A DNA stretch of 64,000 nt, from positions 32,001-96,000 of the IMG/VR virus record IMGVR_UViG_3300027917_000019, one strand, 5' to 3'. The notes beneath the pieces are model-generated. The model was not told the DNA's origin and ran no database searches. It worked only from the letters and a program-made list of their open reading frames with translations. Shown here piece after piece: positions 34,581 to 45,400 of the stretch; position 1 is the stretch's first letter, and each line of letters starts with the position of its first letter. The position numbers were made by a program, and so were the translations under genes. Origin of the DNA: a virus.

Positions 34581-36947
34581 ATGAGTCGCTCAGTCACTTT
34601 TAACGGTATTACAAGGTTCCGTCCTGGTGGAATTACCAAGGTCAATGCGGACGCATTGAACCAAGTTGGTATTTCAGCAGCTAGCGTTGTTGGACTTATT
34701 GGTGAGTCTGACGGCGGGGCCCCTGGTTCTGTCAGTGGTCTCATCTCCCTTCGCGATCCTTCTGAAGCTGCCAGCTTGTTCCGTGCGGGGCCGCTAGTAG
34801 ACGCTATCCGTTTGGCTTTCCAATCTTCTGGAGATCCAGACATCCCGGGTGGTGCAGCAGAAGTTGTTATCTATAAGGCTAATGCTTCTACACAAAGCTC
34901 TATTCATGTTCCGGACCCTGCAGGTACCCTTCTTTCAGACACCGCAGCGGGTACTGGATCTACTACAGTTATCGACTTGGTTACCAGTAGTGCACTTGTA
35001 GTAGATTCTCTTGCCGGCCGTTGGGTAGACGTTACTCTCGCAGGTCTCCCCGGATCCCCCACTGTTCGTAGACGAATTGTTTCTAACACAGTTGACTCTC
35101 TTACAGTCACTCCGGCAATGCCTGCAACTGCTACAGCTGCCGACGTAGTAATTGTCCGTCCAACCCTCTTTGAGCTAACCTCTGTTGATTATGGTGCTCA
35201 CACAGAAGGGCTTGAAGTAGACGTTACACGCAACGACACTTCTGGAGCGTATCAGGTTACGGTTTCTTTTGAGGGAGAAGATCAAGTTTCTGAAAGCCTC
35301 GGTGGTCAGAACTTCCTCCAGCTTTACTATCGTGGTGGTCCAAACGACGTTGCTCAGACGACTATCACAACTCCAGGTACTATTACCGCTACGTTCTTTG
35401 ATGTAGCTGCAACACTCATTGCTGCGGCCCATGATGATATGAGTGTCATTGTCACCAACCCTGCTACTGGGAACTTTGAACAGCATAGGATTTCTACCAA
35501 CGGCGTAGGAGATGTGACCTTGGCTGCCCCGGGGTTCTCTGCAGACTTCCTAGCAGAAATTCAGGCAGCTACCGGGGCTACTGTCACAGTAGACATCATC
35601 TCAGTGACTGATGCAACGGCTCAGATTACCGGCGCAAGTGGTGTGGCTACTGCACTAGTCAGCACAATTACTGGAGTAGCTGGAGACAACCTTTCCCTTA
35701 CCATTTCTGCAACGGAGACCGTGCAGTCTCTAGTTGATCGAATCAACCAGAACAGTAACTATCTTGCTGTAGTTCCTAGTGGTATCAATGCTCAGACTTC
35801 GCTAGCTTCGGCGTTTGACTTCGGAGTTGCTGCAATCAACATCCAGAGAAGTATCGCTGTGAACGGCGGCCTCGGATTTAGACAAGACCTCGCACAAGTT
35901 GTTGCTTGGTTTAACGACTACTCAGAGAAGCTCGACGCTGTTAGGTATACAGTAGACACCACAGATGGTGCTTTCCTGCCCGCTACGGCTGCGCTCATCG
36001 ATGCTCTTTTCCTTGAGCCGTTCTCTCTTGTAGGTGGTGCGCGAGGAGCGTCTTCTAACTCTTCGTGGCAGAGCGGGTTTGACGCCATGCTCTTGCGTAG
36101 AGTGGATAATGTCGTTCCTCTAATCGATGAAGACCTTGTTAATGAGGGTCTTGGTTCTACTGCAACATGGGCTTCCGTAGCTGCACAGCTTGCAGACCAT
36201 GTATCCCTTGGACGCGGCGCCGCTGGCCTTGAGCGTGGTGGTTATGTTGGGTTCCAGGGCACTAAGTCTGAGATTATTGCTGCAGCCAACTCTATCAACG
36301 ACCAGGATGTTCAGCTAGTTGCACAGAACCCCACAGTCCTTGACGCCACTGGTACTCTTGTGGAGCAGGGACCCAGGCAGCTTGCTGTTATGGCTGCATC
36401 TATGAGGTCTGGAGTTCAGGAGATTGGTGAGCCTCTTACTTTCAAGTTCTTGAGAGTATCTGGTCTTACTCAGGATGCTTCATGGGATCCTCGTGATCTA
36501 ACAGACTCAGCAGACTTGATCATCGCTGGTGTTCTCTTTGCAGAAACAGTTCCTGGTCAGGGTACACGCTGGGTCAGAGACCTCACCACTTGGGTAAAGG
36601 ACGACAACCTCGCATACTCAGAGGGCTCTGTTCGTTCTGTAGTTCGCGCTGTAACGTATCAGCTTCGCACACTTCTTGAAGAGCGTTTCACTGGTAAGAA
36701 GGCAGTGCCTGCAACTATTAATGCTGTAAAGGATACAGCTACTACACTTTTGGAGTCTTTTAGACAAGACAACGTCATTGTAGATAGTAAGGATCCTACG
36801 ACGGGTGCGACTATTCGTGCTTATCACAATATGAAAGTGTATACTTCTGGAGATGTCCTCAAGCTGAATGTTGGCATCTTCCCTGTACCTGGAATCAACT
36901 TCCAGCTTTCCGAGATTTTCCTCCAGCTCCCGACTCAGTCGGCATAA
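34581..36947 (+). CDS. tail sheath protein
   Basis: FNG....PG, GLIGESDGGAPG, GEPLTFK, RWVRDLTT, ERFTG, PVPGINF. Confidence 0.93.
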   Translation: MSRSVTFNGITRFRPGGITKVNADALNQVGISAASVVGLIGESDGGAPGSVSGLISLRDPSEAASLFRAGPLVDAIRLAFQSSGDPDIPGGAAEVVIYKANASTQSSIHVPDPAGTLLSDTAAGTGSTTVIDLVTSSALVVDSLAGRWVDVTLAGLPGSPTVRRRIVSNTVDSLTVTPAMPATATAADVVIVRPTLFELTSVDYGAHTEGLEVDVTRNDTSGAYQVTVSFEGEDQVSESLGGQNFLQLYYRGGPNDVAQTTITTPGTITATFFDVAATLIAAAHDDMSVIVTNPATGNFEQHRISTNGVGDVTLAAPGFSADFLAEIQAATGATVTVDIISVTDATAQITGASGVATALVSTITGVAGDNLSLTISATETVQSLVDRINQNSNYLAVVPSGINAQTSLASAFDFGVAAINIQRSIAVNGGLGFRQDLAQVVAWFNDYSEKLDAVRYTVDTTDGAFLPATAALIDALFLEPFSLVGGARGASSNSSWQSGFDAMLLRRVDNVVPLIDEDLVNEGLGSTATWASVAAQLADHVSLGRGAAGLERGGYVGFQGTKSEIIAAANSINDQDVQLVAQNPTVLDATGTLVEQGPRQLAVMAASMRSGVQEIGEPLTFKFLRVSGLTQDASWDPRDLTDSADLIIAGVLFAETVPGQGTRWVRDLTTWVKDDNLAYSEGSVRSVVRAVTYQLRTLLEERFTGKKAVPATINAVKDTATTLLESFRQDNVIVDSKDPTTGATIRAYHNMKVYTSGDVLKLNVGIFPVPGINFQLSEIFLQLPTQSA

Positions 36948-36969
36948 GTGATTTTCTAAGGAGAAATTG

Positions 36970-38601
36970 ATGCCTGCCCTTCCTTCCGTTGTTACTACAT
37001 TCTTGACAAGACTCAAGAGTTCTCTAAGTCAGGGATCTGATCTTGGCTCGAACGTTCGTGGAGCCGCTCAGAATTACCTCCTTGCGCAGGACCTTGCTGC
37101 TGCTTTGGACCTTCTTCAGGATGCCATGGATCAGTCTACTCCCCTAACGGTAGTAGACGGAACCACCTCATCCCTACAGGATGGTGTACAGGCGACCGGG
37201 TCTCTCACCTTTACTGGTTTGGCAATCGATGGTCAAACAGTGACCATCGGCACCAAGGTATATACTTGGCAGAATACTCTCACAGACGTGGATGGTAATG
37301 TTCTGGTTGGTGGAACCGCTGCTGCTTGTGTTACCAACCTTGTAAATGCCATTAACTTGGGTGCAGGTGCCGGTACAACATACGCTGCATCTATGACGGC
37401 TCACCCGTCTGTTACAGCAATCGACGACACTGGTGATGTAGTAACCGTTACAGCTATCACTTCAGGTGTTGCTGGTAATGCTATTGCGACCACTGAAAAT
37501 GGTACGAACATGTCTTGGGGCGCAGCAACCTTGACAGGCGGTGTTGACGCCTTCGGTCCTGAGGAGCTTGCTGGGCACGTAGTGGTCTTTGGAGCCGCTA
37601 CTACCACAGTTGCTCTTCGTGGAGTTGAAGCACGCATTAAGACCAGCACCCCTGCAGGACTCACCTTTGAGAGTGCACTTCCGGCTACGCCTGTAGCTGG
37701 TGATACTTACACCATTCGTGGTGGTTGGTTCGACTCTCATCTGGCCGAGTTGCGTCAGGGTCAGGGAGTTGCAGACGCACCGCGTGGCAGTGTCTACGGC
37801 ACTTATAGAGTTGCTGTAGATGCCCTCGTTACGGCTCTCCGCAGGCGCGGTACTCACGCCAGCCAGACTCTCACGTTCTCAGGACTCGCTGTTGACACAC
37901 AGACTGTGGTAATCGGGTCTAAGACCTACACTTGGCAGGATACTCTTACCGACTCGGATGGTAACGTCCTAATTGGCGGAACTGCAGAAGCGTGCATTGA
38001 TAACCTTGTAGCAGCTATTACCCTCGGCGCGGGTGCTGGTACAGTGTATGCCGCATCTATGACGTTGCATCCAACAGCAACGGCAGAAAAGACTTCTGCA
38101 ACTACGATGCTTGCCCGTGCAAAGTTGGTAGGACCGAACGGTGATGACATCGCTACTACCGAAACGGGTACTAACACAGCTTGGGGCGCAGCAACCATGG
38201 CTGGCGGCGCAGCCGGCGGTTCTGGTGTAGTTGCTGAGCGTACGATTAGTCGTCCTGGATTGCAGACTGCTGCTGGGTCTACCACTACTGTTGTGGTTTT
38301 GGACCAGCAGGGTGGCGGCGATTTCCGCATCGATCAGTTCCGAGGAATGAAGATTGTTGTGGGCGCAGAAGCTCCGCGCATCATCTCTTCCAGTAACGAG
38401 ACCTCTGTTACTGTAGCTCCTCCCCTTTCTGGAGCACCTGCAGCTTCTACAGCAGTTACTATTACTGTTCCTGTAGACGATGTTGGCAGTTCCTCTCACC
38501 TTCGTGTTCACCCTGGCGCACAACCGGGCGAAAACGCAGTACTCTCAGATTTGCTTGATCAGCTGGAAACCATTGTGGAATCCTACGTTCTTCCGGTCTG
38601 A
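36970..38601 (+). CDS. tail-associated protein with a duplicated ~100-aa domain
   Basis: Two copies of LTF.GLA.D.QTV.IG.K.YTWQ.TLTD.DGNVL.GGTA.AC..NLV.AI.LGAGAGT.YAASMT.HP. Confidence 0.8.
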   Translation: MPALPSVVTTFLTRLKSSLSQGSDLGSNVRGAAQNYLLAQDLAAALDLLQDAMDQSTPLTVVDGTTSSLQDGVQATGSLTFTGLAIDGQTVTIGTKVYTWQNTLTDVDGNVLVGGTAAACVTNLVNAINLGAGAGTTYAASMTAHPSVTAIDDTGDVVTVTAITSGVAGNAIATTENGTNMSWGAATLTGGVDAFGPEELAGHVVVFGAATTTVALRGVEARIKTSTPAGLTFESALPATPVAGDTYTIRGGWFDSHLAELRQGQGVADAPRGSVYGTYRVAVDALVTALRRRGTHASQTLTFSGLAVDTQTVVIGSKTYTWQDTLTDSDGNVLIGGTAEACIDNLVAAITLGAGAGTVYAASMTLHPTATAEKTSATTMLARAKLVGPNGDDIATTETGTNTAWGAATMAGGAAGGSGVVAERTISRPGLQTAAGSTTTVVVLDQQGGGDFRIDQFRGMKIVVGAEAPRIISSSNETSVTVAPPLSGAPAASTAVTITVPVDDVGSSSHLRVHPGAQPGENAVLSDLLDQLETIVESYVLPV

Positions 38602-38696
38602 GTGATTATGGACAGGGGAGGGGCGTAGTGTCGTCCCCTCCACTAGCCCCTTTCCCTGTCCCCCTAATTACGCTATAATCCTCTCAGGAGTATTTG

Positions 38697-39128
38697 ATGG
38701 CTTCCAAAACCTTTAGTGGCGCAAGAGCGATTTTCCTAATCGACGCGGTTCCGATTGCATTCGCAGGCGGGGTTAGTGGCGAAGAGATGATCGACTATGA
38801 GCCGATCGACGTCCTGAATCTCCTTGAGGTGAAGGAATTTGTACCCACCTCTTATAGAGCGTCTCTAAATGCACAGATTTTCCGCGTGGTTGGAGAATCT
38901 CTCAAGAAGCTTGGCATCTTGCCGAGACAAGAAGACATCATCTCCTCAGGTGATCTTGAGGCGGCGATTCAAGATGATGCCCGTGTAGCTACGGGAAATA
39001 CTGTTGCGTTGTTCCAGGGCGTTCGTTGCTCCGGACACACGTTCGATGTTACTGCTCGTGGTATTGTTCAGGACAATGTAAGCTTCGTTGCTATCCGCGT
39101 CCTTGACGAATTTGAAAACCCGGTCTGA
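38697..39128 (+). CDS. tail tube protein
   Basis: Size, position, TFSGARA, YEPIDVL. Confidence 0.85.
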   Translation: MASKTFSGARAIFLIDAVPIAFAGGVSGEEMIDYEPIDVLNLLEVKEFVPTSYRASLNAQIFRVVGESLKKLGILPRQEDIISSGDLEAAIQDDARVATGNTVALFQGVRCSGHTFDVTARGIVQDNVSFVAIRVLDEFENPV

Positions 39129-39146
39129 TAGATTGGGAGGGGATTT

Positions 39147-39686
39147 ATGACACAACCTAAAAAGCTTCCTGTAAAGAATGGTATAACTGCTCGTCAAAAG
39201 TTGCTTAAGACTTTTTCTATAGACTACACATCTCCTATTGATGATGTGCGTTATGTAGGAAAGTTTACTACGCGAAAGTTGACTATTGCCGACATGGCCA
39301 CCCTTGGAGTGCGTAAGGCTCAACTCAATGGTGGTATGCATCACGACAGCTCAAATCCGGGTATGGGAGTAGATAGTAGCACTGATGATTTCAATGCGAT
39401 GATCTCTCATCTTGATCTAGCTCTAGAAGAAACTCCCGTATGGTGGGATTTGGAGAAGATCACAGACTCTGATTTGGTTGCGCTGATCTTTGAGGAGGTG
39501 GTCGCTCACGAGAACTCCTTTTTTAGACCCAGAAGGGAACGAAGTGAATCTGGCGTCGTCGGAGAACAAAATGACGATGTGGGAGTTGGCGAAGGAGTGG
39601 GCGAGGGTGATCAAGCGCAAGCCGGAGCCGGTGGAAGCGCTGGCTCGGTGGTGGACGAAGAAGTTCAAGCTGCCTTGGAACCATGA
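39147..39686 (+). CDS. tail assembly chaperone (gpG-like)
   Basis: Between tube and tape measure; GKFT.RKLTI.D, PVWW, NSFFR. Confidence 0.8.
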   Translation: MTQPKKLPVKNGITARQKLLKTFSIDYTSPIDDVRYVGKFTTRKLTIADMATLGVRKAQLNGGMHHDSSNPGMGVDSSTDDFNAMISHLDLALEETPVWWDLEKITDSDLVALIFEEVVAHENSFFRPRRERSESGVVGEQNDDVGVGEGVGEGDQAQAGAGGSAGSVVDEEVQAALEP

Positions 39687-40068
39687 TCTATTTCAAGAGA
39701 GAAATATGCTCGACCTCATGGTTGAGTATTGGCTCGACAGGTTCGATGAGTCTCCTCTTGAAGTACACCGCAACGCAGACGGCTTCATTCAGTTGAAGGA
39801 TACTGGCGATCCTCTCATCGATAAATGGGAAGAGAAGATTGCTCAGGGTGATGAACCGGATCTTTGGGAAGCTTTCAGTCCTGAAGCGAGGGAACAACTG
39901 AACCGTGCACGTGCGAGAGCTTCTAAAATACAAGCTCAAGGTGGGTATACAATTGCCGACGCTATGGAGCGCGTTGGGCGTGAGGCTCGCGCACAAGGTC
40001 TCGACGATCCCTCAAGACACACTCAGCGCCCCTATAGGTTGGATACCTTTGGAGATGGCACAGATTAA
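39520..40068 (+). CDS. tail assembly chaperone frameshift extension (gpGT-like)
   Basis: +1 frame open across TCC TTT TTT AGA; RWW.KKFKLP.NH, TGDPLIDKWE. Confidence 0.75.
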   Translation, partial: FLDPEGNEVNLASSENKMTMWELAKEWARVIKRKPEPVEALARWWTKKFKLPWNHDLFQERNMLDLMVEYWLDRFDESPLEVHRNADGFIQLKDTGDPLIDKWEEKIAQGDEPDLWEAFSPEAREQLNRARARASKIQAQGGYTIADAMERVGREARAQGLDDPSRHTQRPYRLDTFGDGTD

Positions 40069-42410
40069 TGGCTGATGACACTACTCAAGAAGTAACTATC
40101 AAAATTCTCGGTGAAGCTGAGTCGTTTAAGAAGTCAGTAAAACAAGCGACTAAGCTCACCACGGATTTGGAAAAGCTGTCTTCTCGATACCGCAAGAGCG
40201 GTATGGGGCAAGCTAAAGCTTTAGATAAGATTACTGGGAAGCATAACAAGTCTCAGCGAGATGCAGGTAAGAAAGCCTTCGAAATGGAGAAGAAACTCCA
40301 GAAGGTTATCAAAGACAACATCAAAGAAATTCAGAAGCAGCAGAAGGCATTCAAGGGAAATGCTCTTGCAGTAAAAGAAGAGTTGAAGGCCCTCAAGGAG
40401 TTGGAGAAGCAGCATCGAAAAATTGCTGCATTCCGTAAGAAGACTGGATACCGCAGCATGGGTGAACGCTTTGGGGGTGGTGCTCGTGCTGTAGGGCGTG
40501 GTTTGGGTAGTGGTGTGCGGGGGGTAGGCCAAGGAGTTATGGCCCTTGGCGGCATGATCATGGGTGCCGTAACCGCAATTGTCGGAACCCTCATTTCAAC
40601 TGTCACCAGTCAAATCCGACAAGGATATGCGTCCTACATTAACTACGGTAGGGCTAGAGCGGGTCTTGGAGGCATGGGGGCATTCAGGGGTAACGGCCGT
40701 CGTGCATTTGGCACTGCCATGAAGTTGGGGTTCTCTAAGACAGAGACCGTCCAACAGATGCGCAATGTTGGTAGAGTTACAGGTAACATCAACGCAGTGA
40801 CACAAGCCCAGGCGGCTGCACGCTCCTTTGGTGGAGATGTGGGAGAAGTCGCTGGGTTCATGGGAACCCTTACCCGAGGTGGTCAAGGCTTTGGTGGACT
40901 CGCTGGTAAGGGTGGTGAGCGTACTCTTCGCCGTGTCATGTCTCACGCCTTCTCCTCCGGGTTGGATCACTCTCGTGCTGGAGAACACTTGGCTGCTGTT
41001 GCTTCTGGTGTTAAGGCAGCACAAACCGTAACTGGCGGAAGAGTCAACGCAGACCAGATTTCTGCTATGCTCTCGTTCTTTGGACGAAGTGGCATGCCTG
41101 GTCTTCAAGGTGCTGCTGGTATGGCGCAGCTTGGTAAGCTTGACCAAACAATCAAGAAGGCCGGATTTGGTGGAGGCGGTGACCCTACATCTGCTCTAAT
41201 CTATCAGGCTTTGGGATTTGGTCAGGCAGGTGGTACTGCTAGTTTCTATGAGGCCACTAAGCAGGCACAGCGTGGAATCTTCGGCGAGGGAGGCGCTGGT
41301 AACCTTATGAAGGTTTGGGAGCGTTTTGGTCAAACAGGTGGAGGCATAGGAACTCAGAAGACCAACATAGAGCTTTCCAACGCAACGGGGATGTCTTTGG
41401 ATGTCATTGAGTCGATAAACGACGTGATCCTAAAGAGCGGCGGCACGATTGAGGCGCAGAAGAAGATCGCAGAGATAACAAAACAACAGCTTCCAGTGCA
41501 GAAGCAGATTCTATTGGCTACCCAAGAAGGACATTTGAAGGTTGCTGAGCGTGTTGCTTTCTTGGAAAACCGTTTGGTTACTATAGGTGAAGCTACTGCC
41601 GAGTCTATTGAGAAACTTCAGGACATTTTCAACGATGTTGTTGATACGTTTTTGCCGACCGCAGTAGTTGCTCTCAAAGTCATTGCTGAAGTGGTTTCTA
41701 ACATTTGGTTCTGGTTGAAGGACTTTGGTCGTAGCTACAACGAGTCTGCAATAGAGAAGAAGAAGCTTGCAGGGATCAGTGCTGAGCGCGAGAACATTCT
41801 CAAGAAGTACGCTTCTGGTGAATATGATCGAGCAAAGGCTGCTGAAATGATGAGACAAAATGCAGCTAAGGCAGGAGCTGCCAGAGCAGCACTACAAGAT
41901 GATGTAGATCCCATCCTCGATGCATATGATGCACTAGTAGATGTTGGCCACCGTACTGGACAGGCTGTTGGAGCTATTGCTCCTGACGTTAAATCCAGGT
42001 GGCAACAAAGACAAGCTGTAGAAGCGGCAGCTGTTCGTTTGAAGCAGAGGTCGCTAATAGACGCGACAAACATTGCCGGTACTGCCTATAGAGGACGTGC
42101 TTTGGAATTTCAGAGTCGTATTGGGCAAGATGTTGCTAGGATAGGAGAGCTTTCTGGTATTTCTGAACCCACGGAAGCTCAGCGACATGAGTTGGAAACA
42201 CTGCGTGCGCGTAAGAGAGATCTTGAGCGTCGTCGTGATGAGGCTGTAAGAGAACAGGTCCAAGAAGAAGCCCAAGAATCAGGAGTGGGCGCAGGACTGA
42301 CTTCAGGGTCTCCAATCGCTTCTCGTGATGACCCCGCTTCTTTCCGCGCTAGTGGATCAATGCAAGCACCTACTACATACGTAGGTAGGGGCAGAACGGC
42401 ATACGGGTAA
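40068..42410 (+). CDS. tape measure protein
   Basis: 780 aa helical, G/A-rich, follows chaperones. Confidence 0.85.
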   Translation: MADDTTQEVTIKILGEAESFKKSVKQATKLTTDLEKLSSRYRKSGMGQAKALDKITGKHNKSQRDAGKKAFEMEKKLQKVIKDNIKEIQKQQKAFKGNALAVKEELKALKELEKQHRKIAAFRKKTGYRSMGERFGGGARAVGRGLGSGVRGVGQGVMALGGMIMGAVTAIVGTLISTVTSQIRQGYASYINYGRARAGLGGMGAFRGNGRRAFGTAMKLGFSKTETVQQMRNVGRVTGNINAVTQAQAAARSFGGDVGEVAGFMGTLTRGGQGFGGLAGKGGERTLRRVMSHAFSSGLDHSRAGEHLAAVASGVKAAQTVTGGRVNADQISAMLSFFGRSGMPGLQGAAGMAQLGKLDQTIKKAGFGGGGDPTSALIYQALGFGQAGGTASFYEATKQAQRGIFGEGGAGNLMKVWERFGQTGGGIGTQKTNIELSNATGMSLDVIESINDVILKSGGTIEAQKKIAEITKQQLPVQKQILLATQEGHLKVAERVAFLENRLVTIGEATAESIEKLQDIFNDVVDTFLPTAVVALKVIAEVVSNIWFWLKDFGRSYNESAIEKKKLAGISAERENILKKYASGEYDRAKAAEMMRQNAAKAGAARAALQDDVDPILDAYDALVDVGHRTGQAVGAIAPDVKSRWQQRQAVEAAAVRLKQRSLIDATNIAGTAYRGRALEFQSRIGQDVARIGELSGISEPTEAQRHELETLRARKRDLERRRDEAVREQVQEEAQESGVGAGLTSGSPIASRDDPASFRASGSMQAPTTYVGRGRTAYG

Positions 42411-42413
42411 TAG

Positions 42414-45400
42414 ATGTCAGCAATTGACTCTGGGGCGCCCGAATCAGGGGCAGATAGTGTAGATGGGTTGCGTAGGTACACTACGCGCATCAAAGTACTA
42501 GTTCATTCGCATAATCATGCCGATGGCCCTATAAATCTTTCCGACGATGTAATGTCCTGTCAACTCGGTAAGAATATCAAGGGAGTTGGCAGAGCTAATA
42601 TTGCGGTAGTAGCTAGAAATAGCTACTTGAACATGCTTTATCCAAACGACTACATCAACATCTATTTCGATGTGGGTGATGGTAAGGGGTGGGTGCGTAC
42701 TTTCTTTGGGCTGATAGACCGCGTAGAAGAGGACATCACCGTTGCTGAAAACGGAGTACCTACCACGCTCTACCACATCATCGCTACAGACTTCCAGAAG
42801 ATCTTCCAGAAGACTAACATCTACTTCAACCCCCACCTGTTCGACAGACCCGACATGTCTGGTGAGGACTTCAACGCATTCAACATCGGTGGTGTTGTGT
42901 TGATGACGCGCGGTATTCGTGTACAGGGTAGTCCTGCGGACATGGTTACCAACCAGATTTTGTTGCAGATTGGATTTGGAAGTCAATGGAAACTCCCAGA
43001 TAGTTATCCTGCTGCTGTTGAAGACCGCTTTGCAAATCAACGTGCACAATATGCACAAGACAGGTTGTTTGAGTCTGTTAGCAATTTGATGACTCCAGAA
43101 GAGTCAGATCGCTTGCGTACAATTCTACAAGAGCGTGGCCTCAATGCGTACGCGCTCGACACAGAGGATGAGGTCACTTCTGCACTTACAAGCAATGCAG
43201 GAGATAGTTTGTCTTCTGGGGATGCTTCAGAACGCACTGCAGCAGCTATACAAGCTGTTGGATTAGACCGCGCTGACGTTGAGGCAGGGGAACTGACAGC
43301 CCTCACATCTACTACAGATGTTGGGAGCATGGCTAGAATCCTTTCAGACGCGCGCATTAGGCAACAACTCTTTGGCAGTGGGTTGTCAAACGAGAGCCAA
43401 CAGATAGCGCGAGAAGCTATCAACAGCTACATAGGCACGGAGTTGGTTTCTAGGAATGCTACTAACATCGTAGACATTATGAATGTCTTTGACTTCGTAG
43501 AACGTAGAGCCATCGACGGTTATGCTTTTGACCTTGCTATCTGGGAGAAGCAAGGGCCTCTTGAGAGTATCCTTCGTTCTGTGTCTAACGAAGCTATCAA
43601 TGAGTTGTTTTTTGACCTTCGCCCGCTTACGACAATTCCTGAGGGGGGAGAAGACCCTAACGTATTCCACAAGGCAGGAACCGATTGGGATTACCGTCCT
43701 GATGAAATTGGTGGAAACAAACCAGACGTTACAAACCGCGCTAGCGGTGTTCGATACATGCCTTCTGTGGTTATGCGTGAATACCCGTGGGCTACCACAC
43801 ACAGAATCGACGCTAGCGGTGTAGACGTCAGCGTTGGTAACAATGACGGCCAGTCAGGGAACTTGGGTATCATCTACTTTGGTGGTATATTCTCCAACCG
43901 TCCTAATGAACCGGGTCGACACCTTGTTGGAATACCGGTCTTGAATCTTGAAGAACAGGTAAACGGATTCCGAGGACCTAATCGTACTTACAAGCATTTG
44001 GATGTAGCTGTAATCTCTGAAACGGAAATACGACAGACACGTCTTGGGCGTTCAGATGCTGAGCACTTCAACCTCTTTGAGATGTGGACTGAGGGCGTTT
44101 CTGGTCCAGAGATGCGCTACTACATGTACGACTTCCTGCCTATTATCACCCCTATTCACATTCAGAGGCACGGACTGCGTACTCGTACGGTAACCACTAG
44201 ATTCTCTAGGTATCCGCCTGCGTTGTCTAGAAATCTTCGACCGCAAGCAGAAACACCTGCGGAGGAGGAAGTAGAAGAGGCAGAAGTAACTGCAGCGGAG
44301 GCGCCAAGGGAGGAGAGAGAATTAGTTCCTCCCGTGGGAGCACACCCCTCATTACATTTCAGAAATATAAACCAGATGGCATATGGTTATCGTCCGCGTG
44401 ATGGAGGTTGGACTTTCCATAACGGCATCGATATTTACGGAGACGGTCCAGATCTTTCTGTGTATCCTTTCAGTGTACAAAAGGAAGGAAAGTCTCAAGG
44501 GCAGGTAGATGTAGTAGCTATTGCTGATGGTTTGATTGTAGGGTCAATGGCACAAGGAACTATGTCTAAGTATGGAAATGCAGTTGCTATTTACCACCCG
44601 CAATATGATGTAATTTCTTGGTATGCTCACCTCGCTCATCGTGAAGAGCTTACAGGGAATGTAGATGCAAGTAGACGTAGAGCGGATGCTTTCAACAGGG
44701 AGTATACTACTATCGGTAGCAGTAGTAGGTTTACTCCCATCCCTGTTCGAAGAGGACAAAAGATAGGATCAGTAGGGGTTACGCAGGGGGTTAGTGATGG
44801 AGATCCTAATGCAATCTTTCGCACAGACCGTGCTCACCTGCACTTTGAAATTATGCATAGGGTACCGTCTAGAAATCACGACGCTACTCCAATTATTCCC
44901 TACACCACGCTTGCCCGCACCAGTCCTAAGCCGCCCGGATCGAACCCATACGGCGAAGATCCTGTTGAATGGTTTGCCTCTCATGGAGTAGATTTAGAAG
45001 CTGAAATTAGAGCGCTTGGAGACACCCCCACAGCCTCAGACTTCGATGAAGAAACCAGTATTGATGACACTGATGAAGTAGCTCCTACCGCAGAATCTCG
45101 AATAGCTTCTGGAATAGAGGATGAGGTATCAACAACCCTTACTACAACCCGCCAGCAAACCATGCGTGGTGTGGTGGATTCAATAGACCAGAGAAAGCAA
45201 ATTGGTCGTTGGGCGTTGTTGCAGGACCATTGGTATCAGCACAACCTTGAGTATCTTTCTGGGTCTGTTGTTATGCGTGGTGCTCCTGAGATTCGTATAG
45301 GGTACCGCCTGGACATCAAAGAACGCCGTACTAGTTTCTATGTAGAAGGTGTGCAGCATTCTTGGCAGTACCCCAACGAGATGCAGACTACCCTTCAGGT

